NCBI GenBank assembly: GCA_046563655.1
Contig: CM102289.1
Span: 3,038,001-3,102,000 of the forward strand
Direction: 5' to 3'
Source of the DNA: Yuukianura sp. NJ FZ-2021
Taxonomy: Eukaryota
DNA length: 64,000 nucleotides
Shown one piece after another: positions 37,733 through 48,600 of the stretch; within the stretch, counting starts at the first letter, position 1; the number at the start of each line of letters is the position of its first letter. Position numbers and translations under genes: made by a program. The notes beneath the pieces were generated by a model that was not told where the DNA came from, searched no databases, and was given only the letters and a program-made list of their open reading frames with translations.

Positions 37733-38312
37733 TCATTACATTGTTACAAATAACTATTTACGTAATTTAACTATATATATAAATCGCTCTAAATTTTCAG
37801 TTTTTGAATTTCTAATAAATTAAAATAAATAGTATGCATCGATCGGAATTCGAGTATTGATTCCACTAAAAGGCATAGTATTAAAGTTATAGAAGACTGC
37901 ATCGTCGCAGCATGCTTGTAAAATTCTAAACAGTTTTCCCTGTATTTTTTATTTAATAAATAAATGTGTAAAATTAACTACACCATAAAAGCGGTTTTAG
38001 GATGCGCAGGCGCGATTCTATTTTTCATTTAGTGTAATTTGCAGGAAAAGGTAGATGTTTGCGTAAACGTCAATTTCGCGTGAAATCTACGAACCTGCTG
38101 GAGCAAGTAATTTGCCGTTTCAATGACAAAAGAGGTCATAATTTTCAATAATTTCCAGAATTGCACTTGACAAATATTGTTCGTGGCTTTCCGCCCAAGG
38201 TCAATCAGAAGTATTTCGCAAACATGTCTATAAATTATATGTATAATATATTGTAATGTAATTTAAGGTAGTTGCTGTCCGCTGTAAAACTTAGTTTTAG
38301 TTCAGAAAAAAA

Positions 38313-38821
38313 ATGATAAACATAGAAATTGGTCCAATGCGTCCAGTTTTACTTTTGCTAACTGTTTGTCTTCCGGTTTTTTGTGAAATTAATCTAAAGA
38401 ATTTGAACAAAGTAGATTTTCTAGAAAGGCAGAAGAAAAACCAGCAAGAAACTGGGATTTGTTCGTGGTATGGAGCAGAGGGTTAGCAAATTTCAAACCA
38501 AGTTTAAATTTTTTTAAAACCTAAGAAATTTTGAACTTGATATTGCGCTTCTAAGGTGAAATTCCGCAAGGCTGGCCAACAGCCAGTGGAGAGGGGTTTG
38601 ATCGTTATGCAATGGCGGCTGCGCACAAAACGTTAGCGTTTGGAACCAAAATTCGAGTAAGGAATCCTATCAATAAGAAAACTGTTGTCGTGCGGATCAA
38701 TGACCGAGGACCATATACCAAAGGACGAATTTTAGATTTGACTTATGCCGCTTTTGGAAAGATTGAAAACAGAGACAAAGGCCTCATCCACAACTGCACC
38801 TACAGAATAGTTCCGACATAA
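38313..38821 (+). CDS. rlpA: RlpA-like (rare lipoprotein A, DPBB) lytic transglycosylase of bacterial type with a eukaryotic signal peptide and intron
   Basis: Exon 1 38313-38481, intron 38482-38555 (gttag...taag), exon 2 38556-38821, in frame. Protein ...ETGICSWYGAEGEIPQGWPTASGEGFDRYAMAAAHKTLAFGTKIRVRNPINKKTVVVRINDRGPYTKGRILDLTYAAF matches the RlpA consensus. TATA at about 38229; AATAAA at about 38855. Confidence 0.92.
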
Positions 38822-39189
38822 TACAATTAACTTTTGGTGATAAATTAACCAAAAAATAAAATAAAACTTGAACATTTTCAAACGTCGAATGAATTTTTCA
38901 AAACCATTTCAGCGTCTGTTCAAAAATTTAGAAAATTGTATTAAAATAGATGTCCAAAGTCCAAATATCAAAAATGTGAAAACTTATCATCGTTACCATG
39001 ATCCTGAGCGTCATGACGTAACTTCCATAACAAGGTTTAACTGTCATTTTTCATTCAGTAAAAAGGAATCACATAATGGATTATATCTAGGATTGTAGTA
39101 AGTCTCATCTGCCATGCGACATGCGTGGTGAAAAATGTCAAAATGACATTGGGAATTGTGTAGACAATTAGGTCTTAGGATTTAAAATA

Positions 39190-40649
39190 TTAGAAGGAAC
39201 TGGCTAGAGCAGCAACTTCCTCGTCACCTAATAGATTCCCTAAATTACAGTTCAGGAAACGACGACAAGTGGAAGCTTGGCATGTACAAGGAACTAAAAT
39301 ATCGGAAGTGAATTTGTAGTCGAACGTCAGTTCCTCGCCAATTTCAATATCACGAGTTGTGAAAATGAGACAACGGTTCTTGCCATGAATCTCAATCGTT
39401 TCTGCTTTACAGTTTGGCTAACAGAGGAAAACATCATTAAAAACATTCAGTCATAAGTTATGTGGATTGTGGTACAACTTGATAGATATGGGTTCGAACT
39501 TACCTCACAGGAATTATTCATGTACTTTGAGCAGTTGCCATACGCCGTTGCATCCCACAGGAGTTTACCAATTTTCATTATAAATGGCTTTACAGCGTGA
39601 TTCTCGCAGCTATATTGCCGCCTGGCGGCTTGGATGTTGGTGATGACCTGTAATAACCAATGGTAAGTTTTAGACCAAATCCTTAAATTATGTTAAACCA
39701 GTCGTAACAACAAAGCAGAGCGTTGTTTACCTTAAGATATAATAAAAGATTCTCTATACCTCTCCGGTGTACTCGATCACAAGTTCTCCTTTTGGTAGAA
39801 ACGTCCCAGTGAACAAGCCCAACCCATCAATCGGGGAGTCCAGAACTACCAGACGTCTTCCCATATCGTAAGACGTCAAGTCCACTTCAGGACATCTGTC
39901 TATGAGGGTCATAAACCTATAAACAATCGAAGGTTACTATAATTCTGATTGACAAAAAATTAATCCACTGCTTCGCATATGAATTTTGAATTAAAGAATT
40001 AAAAGCTGGCGAAATTAATGATGTGATTCACCGAATCTGAGTAAACACTCACTGATCATTGTTGCCGTCATCTTCTTCGCCACTATCATCTGTCTCCATA
40101 ATACCATGCTTCATCTCCAAGTGGTCCCGTAACGAATTCAAATGCTTAAATCCTTTGAAGCATTGTGGACACGCAAACCAATCCGTGTCTGTAGTAGGTA
40201 GACAATTGTGGACACGAACGAGGCCGCCACGACTATCAATCACACTGGTAACCTCAATTGAACTTGACGTCGTGCTTGGCCCTTCGCTAGCCTGTCGAGT
40301 CGCTTCCAGTATGTCATCTGTACTCGTACTCTGCTATGAACAAACATTAATGCATATTGTACGTACATACATAGTGATTTTTAGCATAAAAAAAGCTTGT
40401 TACTCGGGTTTACCGAATCCGATCCGAGTCCGACATCAATATCGTCGTCGATTTCCATTTCCCTTGATGAAGCCTTGACCAACCGTTTCAGCGTTTCAGA
40501 ATTAGAAACGCTAAAGCTAAAAACAAATTAATTGAGTGTTCATAATTTAGTAAATAAGAAGCCAACGTTAAAAAAACAATTTCTCCTCTGCTCTTCTCCG
40601 CCTGCCTCCACCAGAATTTACTTGCAAAATTCGAGTGATTCATTGCCAT
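39190..40649 (-). CDS. Compact C2H2 zinc finger + SET + post-SET protein (SET1/trithorax-like SET domain), about 6 exons
   Basis: The exon with CPQCFKGFKHLNSLRDHLEMKH splices (CA|gtgagt...tag|G) in frame to SPIDGLGLF...VIEYTGE|VI...DATAYGNCSKYMNNSCE|PNC...RDIEIGEELTFDY...VPCTCQASTCRRFLN. The N-terminal exons and the start at 40649 are less certain. Confidence 0.82.
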
Positions 40650-41456
40650 TGCTTTATTACTTCGGTGCAAAATACAACAACGATTAATTAGAAACATATT
40701 ACACATACACTCTACACAATTTTGCAATAAATAATGCAGTTTTACATTTAAAAAACCTAGTATTTGTCAATGAAAAAGTTTGAAATACTATGGAGGGCAA
40801 GACGGCCATTGATGACTCCAAATAGTTTTTTTTTATTTAATTAGAAAAATATGTAAGTCATCAATGCCCCTTTAATTATACTTTAATTAAGAATAATTAT
40901 ACAATAAGAATATAATTAACCTGCATTTACGATTATTATTTATTAATAACAGTGGTATAGTGAGTGACGTTTTATTTCGCGTTTCTTTCGGTTTCGCAAT
41001 GTCAATTGGACAATGTAATTTCGGAATACAAACTGAAATGAAATCGAATTCCCGCCTTTAGTACAACAAATTCAAAACGAAGATGTTCCCGCAAAACAAT
41101 ACCGCCAACATATTCGTCACAGACTAAAGGTTAAAGACAACTAGAGGCGTCATTGCATTAGTTACTCAATTAACTTAAGTTACTCTCAGCGTCAATGCTT
41201 CTTTTGAAGTTTTACAAGGTTAGGTTAGGCAGTAAAATAAAAGCAAACGATACAGGGCTTATGTTTTTTACTTTTTCAAATGCGAATTGACCTAGGCTTC
41301 TATCAAATTTTGTTAAAAACTGAAAAGTTACTCATCGTTCGTCCAACGCACTATAGGAAAGCATTGGTCTTTTTCCTCCTTATTCCAATTTTCACTGTTG
41401 CATGCAACTGCAAGGTTTAATTTTAGTTCATGATTTTCACATGTTTCTTTATTAGC

Positions 41457-44400
41457 TCAAAGTGCAAATAAAGAAATACCTTTTCCAAATGCTATGAAAG
41501 GCTTACAAATTGTATCGTCGTAATTAAGTTGGCGACAAATTGTAATTCCCTTTCCATCTTCAATAGGAATTCGTACACTACGAATATTATCAAAATATGT
41601 ATCACATTTGTACAATTTTCCGTTGGATACAAAGTGTATGGTGACTGCACAACAATCTCTTCCGGACTTTTGTTTAACACTATACTGCAGTCCCATAATC
41701 CCACCATTGGTAATGTTTGATTGCAGTAAATGATTCTGTACATCTCCATGCAAAAAGTCATCAACGTACAATCGATGCAAAGAGCCGTCGTCGCCTCCAA
41801 TCACAATTATTGTGTTCACGATGTTTGGAATAACAGTCATAGCAGTGATTGATGTCGCAGCTAGCGTATAATTACGAATCGCAGGTATTCCTTTTAGAGT
41901 CCAAAAACTTTCAGAAGATGCTTCGAATCCCAAATCTATTCCCCATGCCAAAATTTCTCCGTTCGATGTGCCACAAAATATAGTCAGCTCAGATGGGGAC
42001 TCATGTCGTAAAATTTCGACTGTCGTGAGACAATGCGTCGCTCCTATTCCCTTCTGATATATTTTGCTGAATGTAAACCTTCCGTTGTATCGTATAATAC
42101 GTAGTGTTCCATCTGAGCACGCAATGAAGCCAACCAGTATCATTTTGTCTGGTGCCACTTCTGTACCACAGTCTTTTGTTAATGGAAGTAACATTGATTT
42201 GATATCCATGATCCGAAAATCCACTTCTTCTTCAAATCCAAATAGCCTTAGGCGACAATACTTCTTCAAATGACAACCTGTTTGGAACATCATCAATATA
42301 AAGTACATCTACTAATAGTAATACAAACATTAGTAAAAAATAAACAGTAGTTTTGTTATTACCATCCAAATAAAGCTTGGTAAGCACCAGTTCCGATTTA
42401 CCTCCACCACTCAGTAGAAAGCCTTCTTTGTTCGACATCAATTCTTGGTAATATACGCACCGCACGGCTGAGGTGTGATTAGAAACTGTATGAGTTTTGA
42501 CTTTCGTAAATCCTAGGCGTGGAACGTCGCTCTGGGTTCCAATATCTTCCAATCTGAAAGTAGAAATTTTGACAGCCCCATCTTCGCTTCCAGTAGCAAC
42601 AATGGTTGCCGTCTCGGAGGCAGAATAAATTTCAGTGACACTATTGATATCCTCGAGGTGAAGTCCTTCCTAAAATAACAAAAGTTTCACATCTCTTCCC
42701 AGAATATAGACTTAAAAAGATTTTGTAGATTTACCTTTATGCAATTGGTATTGCATTGATCGAGATGGAAACACACTTTGTACACACGACGGTTACGTAT
42801 ATGTGTGAAAAATCCGGTTCCATCTTTAGACATCAGAAAGTCCCAGGCACGATGAGCACCACCACAATGAGTTCTGCCTATGATCTGTTCTCGACGAAAA
42901 GAATATATAACAAAGTCCGCCTAAAATAAAAACGATTTCAAATTAAACTCACACAGTAAAAAAATTAAACAATTTTTAAAAAATGGTTTAAGGTCTTACC
43001 GAATCGTACCCGCATACAATAAGATCCTCCCGATAGATCAACAAAGTTCCAACCCAAAGAAATGGGATTGGAACAGTTTTTAAATGAGTGACTGGCTCCT
43101 CTCCATCGAAATCTTTCATACCGAAGTCTCCCTCGATATAAAAGAAATTCAGGCTCGAGTCTCTACCGCCTGTAACAAGGTGATCCTCGTACACAATTAT
43201 CCCACCAACCCCGTACTTGCTATGTCGTGCTTTAAATTCGTACAACATTTCGCCTGTTTTTCTGTTGTAGGATTTAATTTTCCCGTTGTCCAGGCCGACG
43301 AACACAACATTGTTCCAGGCAGTAGCACAATTTGTGTTGGATTTTTGTTTAGCTGCCCATTTAATCGATGCCTGAGGGATTGGTTCCACGTTGATGGTCC
43401 CATTAGAATGAGTATTCATAGACACCTCGTACATTAGCAGTGAACTCACAGTTGATATCAGCAGTTCTTGTGAAGTAATAAAATGGGTTGAAATGATTTT
43501 TTCTGGTTTTGGAATGTAAAACGTCGAATTACATCCTACTTGTAAGTCTTTTGACTCTGAAACAGAAAACAAAGTTGCTCATACGATTGAATGAAAATGA
43601 AGTGCTTTAGAAAAGTAAGTAAACGAGGAATCTCTTCAAATTGCAAAGATAATTCGAAAATGCTACTGTTTTGGAAGATTGTGGTTATGAAGTCGACGTG
43701 TCATTTTTTTTTGCACTTTTAGTTGTTTTGCTGAGTCCAGTCATAAATTAGAATTCGTATTTACCGTTTTCTAGGCGGGATAACTTATTGAAAGAAAAGG
43801 CTCCATGTAAAGTCCCCGCGACGTATATTTCTTTTCCGGGGTACCAAGAGAACGTTATATATCCTCGCCATGATTCCAGTTCATGACAGTATCGTATCGA
43901 GTCTTTGTCTAAAATGTAAATCTTCCCAGAATCCGTGGTAACCACGGAAGATGTCTCGTCAAAGGACTTCACCAGTCTAGGATAATCTGCGGACAGAAAA
44001 AATCCCAAAAGCTTAGCAAAATTAAAGTACAAAGACAAATTTACTGACCTTGACTCTTTGCTTTTGACTTCAAACGTATCGGGTTGTCTTCACTATTTGA
44101 AAACCACACAGGGCGAAGTTCACAGTATTCAGTTAGTTCGTAAGTGTGTACCGATTGAGATATGTTCCACTCATAAATACCTCCATTGTCACCTCCTGTG
44201 TACTAAATCATGCGACCGTTTCTCAAAACTGTTAAATATTTTAATTCACTTAACTCTAAAATTGAAACTGAACTCACTATTCTCCCACTACCAGGATCGT
44301 ATGCGCAAGCCCAGATTGTAGACCCACTGTGACTGCCTATTACACGATGGCGAGTTAAATCTTTCAAGGACCAAGCTACAATACTGGAATCCTACATAAC

Positions 44401-45445
44401 CAACAACTGCTTTTTAAAAATCTACCTTCAAAAGAAGATGGGTACGTAACGATAATTTACTACCTACTAGATAACTTATAAATACCTTACCTCCCCAACG
44501 CTGACTACATGATCGTGTACCAGCATTGCATTAAATATTCTCGAAGTATGCCCTTCAAGCGTTCCATGAAGTGTTACTGAGGTCCATTCCCAAGGTCGAA
44601 ATTGTGAGACGTCTGCCTCTTTAAAATCGCAATTCCAAAGTGAAACCGACCGATCATCAGACGTTGTGAGTATCAATTTGAATTCCGGATAAAATTTAAC
44701 AGAAAAAATCACGCCCTGAAAAGATTAAAAGAAGTTGCAAAATACTTCAATGTTAAATTGTTAAATTAAATGAACTAAATTAAGAAACTCTAAAAAACTA
44801 AAGCCAAAGCGAGAATTGTACCTTTGGTTGGCAGAAGGTATACAAACAGTGAATTTCGTTGTCGTGTTGTCCATCGCCGCAGAACAGTTTGCAAATGCTA
44901 ACGCAGGAGGATGTGGCAACAAAAAATAAGACGTCACTTCTCGTGCTACCCGTTATGGTGACAGAATCCGGTGCTGGAAGATAGCCTTGATAACTTGTGA
45001 CTTTCTTCTCATCTGTGTGTTCGCATGTGTCATGTAGTAACGCCGTATTGTTGAGGTCGTAAACAACACAACTGGCATCTAAACACCGCCCTGCTATAAT
45101 TTCTCCGGAGTTGGCTTCGTACAATCCGTCGAGTTTACCTAAGCTAGTTCCTCGGATACTACTATTAAATACAAGTTCTCGATAACAATACAAGGACGTA
45201 ACCAGAGCACGGACATGGATATCGCCGTCACTACTGGTACTATTGGAACAAGATGTACATGAAATGCTTGTGATTGGGCAGCCTTCCGTAAACACTTTTA
45301 CGACTTCGGGATGCCGGTTTTCAAACCCTAGGCGATAAATCAACAGATTGCTCCCAACTCCAGCCAGTATGTGTTGACGGAATACTTCAATAACCTTCAC
45401 TGGTTCACATGCCCATGACAGAATATTTAGCCGTGAGTTACCCAT
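41457..45445 (-). CDS. WDR6: WD repeat-containing protein 6 (Trm734/RTT10 homolog), multi-exon
   Basis: WDR6-type motifs 'GVIFSV...TSDDRSV.LW...GHTSRIF', 'TGGRD', 'CGGAHRAWDF', 'GLH...I', 'TGSED', 'HTSAVR', 'SGGGKSEL'. Confidence 0.8.
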
Positions 45446-45687
45446 AACAAACCAATTGTTGTAACCATAGAACTAACGAGGTACTAACGAAGTTTACCGG
45501 TAGGTGCACTAAAGATACAGAACACACTTTAACAATGCAGTTTAGAAAAATACAAACTCGCTGATTGTTTTCACTTCCTCAGCTGTTCGCGGACGCCCCT
45601 AAATATCAGATTTCTCACATCTTCTCAGACTTGAGATCTTCCCGAAGTCGAAAAACGCGAAAGAAATTTGAACAGCACCAACGCAAA

Positions 45688-48600
45688 GATAACCTACAAA
45701 TTTCATTGGTAAAGCATTTTGGTAAGGTAAACTCCCAAAATTTAGAATATTCTGTATCCGTGTCAACAACGTGCTTAGAAGCTTTAACTTTCTCCCGATA
45801 AAGAAAAAATTTGAATGTTATCTTCAACAGAAAATTTTCACACGGATTCAGCCGAAAAACCTGACAAGCAAGTTTGATAAACAACAAATTTCGTTGGTAA
45901 CGCTTCAGAAAGGACTTGAACACCCGAAATTAAAATTGTTCTGTATTTGTGTTAACAACGTGCTTAGAAGCTTTCACTTTCTCCCGATAAAGAAAAAATT
46001 TGAATGTTATCTTCAACAGAAAATTTTCACACGGATTCAGCCGAAAAACCTGACAAGCAAGTTTGATAAACAACAAATTTCGTTGGTAACGCTTCAGACA
46101 GGACTTGAACACCCGAAATTAAAATTTTTCTGTATTTATGTTAACAATGTGCTTAGAAGCTTTCACTTTCTCCGGATAAAGAAAAAATTTGAATGTTATC
46201 TTCAACAGAAAATTTTCAGACGGATTCACCCGAAAAACCTGACAAGCAAGTTTGATAAACAACAAATTTCGTTGGTAACGCTTCAGAAAGGACTTGAACA
46301 CCCGAAATTAAATTTTTTCTGTATTTGTGTTAACAACGTGCTTAGAAGCTTTCACTTTCTCCCGATAAAGAAAAAATTTGAATGTTATCTTCAACAGAAA
46401 ATTTTCACACGGATTCAGCCGAAAAACCTGACAAGCAAGTTTGATAAACAACAAATTTCGTTGGTAACGCTTCAGACAGGACTTGAACACCCGAAATTAA
46501 AATTTTTCTGTATTTATGTTAACAATGTGCTTAGAAGCTTTCACTTTCTCCGGATAAAGAAAAAATTTGAATGTTATCTTCAACAGAAAATTTTCACACG
46601 GATTCAGCCGAAAAACCTGACAAGCAAGTTTGATAAACAACAAATTTCGTTGGTAACGCTTCAGACAGGACTTGAACACCCGAAATTAAAATTTTTTTGT
46701 ATTTATGTTAACAATGTGCTTAGAAGCTTTCACTTTCTCCGGATAAAGAAAAAATTTGAATGTTATCTTCAACAGAAAATTTTCAGACGGATTCAGCCGA
46801 AAAACCTGACAAGCAAGTTTGATAAACAACAAATTTCGTTGGTAACGCTTCAGACAGGACTTGAACACCCGAAATTAAAATTTTTCTGTATTTATGTTAA
46901 CAATGTGCTTAGAAGCTTTCACTTTCTCCGGATAAAGAAAAAATTTGAATGTTATCTTCAACAGAAAATTTTCAGACGGATTCAGCCGAAAAACCTGACA
47001 AGCAAGTTTGATAAACAACAAATTTCGTTGGTAACGCTTCAGACAGGACTTGAACACCCGAAATTAAAATTTTTCTGTATTTATGTTAACAATGTGCTTA
47101 GAAGCTTTCACTTTCTCCGGATAAAGAAAAAATTTGAATGTTATCTTCAACAGAAAATTTTCAGACGGATTCAGCCGAAAAACCTGACAAGCAAGTTTGA
47201 TAAACAACAAATTTCGTTGGTAACGCTTCAGACAGGACTTGAACACCCGAAATTAAAATTTTTCTGTATTTATGTTAACAATGTGCTTAGAAGCTTTCAC
47301 TTTCTCCGGATAAAGAAAAAATTTGAATGTTATCTTCAACAGAAAATTTTCAGACGGATTCAGCCGAAAAACCTGACAAGCAAGTTTGATAAACAACAAA
47401 TTTCGTTGGTAACGCTTCAGACAGGACTTGAACACCCGAAATTAAAATTTTTCTGTATTTATGTTAACAACGTGCTTAGAAGCTTTCACTTTCTCCCGAT
47501 AAAGAAAAAATTTGAATGTTATCTTCAACAGAAAATTTTCACACGGATTCAGCCGAAAAACCTGACAAGCAAGTTTGATAAACAACAAATTTCGTTGGTA
47601 ACGCTTCAGACAGGACTTGAACACCCGAAATTAAAATTTTTCTGTATTTATGTTAACAATGTGCTTAGAAGCTTTCACTTTCTCCGGATAAAGAAAAAAT
47701 TTGAATGTTATCTTCAACAGAAAATTTTCAGACGGATTCAGCCGAAAAACCTGACAAGCGAGTTTGATAAACAACAAATTTCGTTGGTAACGCTTCAGAC
47801 AGGACTTGAACACCCGAAATTAAAATTTTTCTGTATTTATGTTAACAATGTGCTTAGAAGCTTTCACTTTCTCCGGATAAAGAAAAAATTTGAATGTTAT
47901 CTTCAACAGAAAATTTTCAGACGGATTCAGCCGAAAAACCTGGCAAGCAAGTTTGATAAACAACAAATTTCGTTGGTAACGCTTCAGACAGGACTTGAAC
48001 ACCCGAAATTAAAATTTTTCTGTATTTATGTTAACAACGTGCTTAGAAGCTTTCACTTTCTCCCGATAAAGAAAAAATTTGAATGTTATCTTCAACAGAA
48101 AATTTTCACACGGATTCAGCCGAAAAACCTGACAAGCAAGTTTGATAAACAACAAATTTCGTTGGTAACGCTTCAGAAAGGACTTGAACACCCGAAATTA
48201 AAATTTTTCTGTATTTGTGCGTTAACAACGTGCTTAGAAGCTTTCACTTTCTCCCGATAAAGAAAAAATTTGAATGTTATCTTCAACAGAAAATTTTCAC
48301 ACGGATTCAGCCGAAAAACCTGACAAGCAAGTTTGATAAACAACAAATTTCGTTGGTAACGCTTCAGACAGGACTTGAACACCCGAAATTAAAATTTTTC
48401 TGTATTTATGTTAACAATGTGCTTAGAAGCTTTCACTTTCTCCGGATAAAGAAAAAATTTGAATGTTATCTTCAACAGAAAATTTTCAGACGGATTCAGC
48501 CGAAAAACCTGACAAGCAAGTTTGATAAACAACAAATTTCGTTGGTAACGCTTCAGAAAGGACTTGAACACCCGAAATTAAAATTTTTCTGTATTTGTGT

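Noticed and set aside
38313..38821. RlpA as bacterial contamination
   Set aside because: It has an in-frame GT-AG intron, TATA and AATAAA signals, host-like composition and animal genes on both sides.
40049..40243. Stand-alone 64-aa zinc-finger ORF ending in TGA
   Set aside because: The stop lies within a perfect GTGAGT donor; the exon splices in frame to the SET exons.
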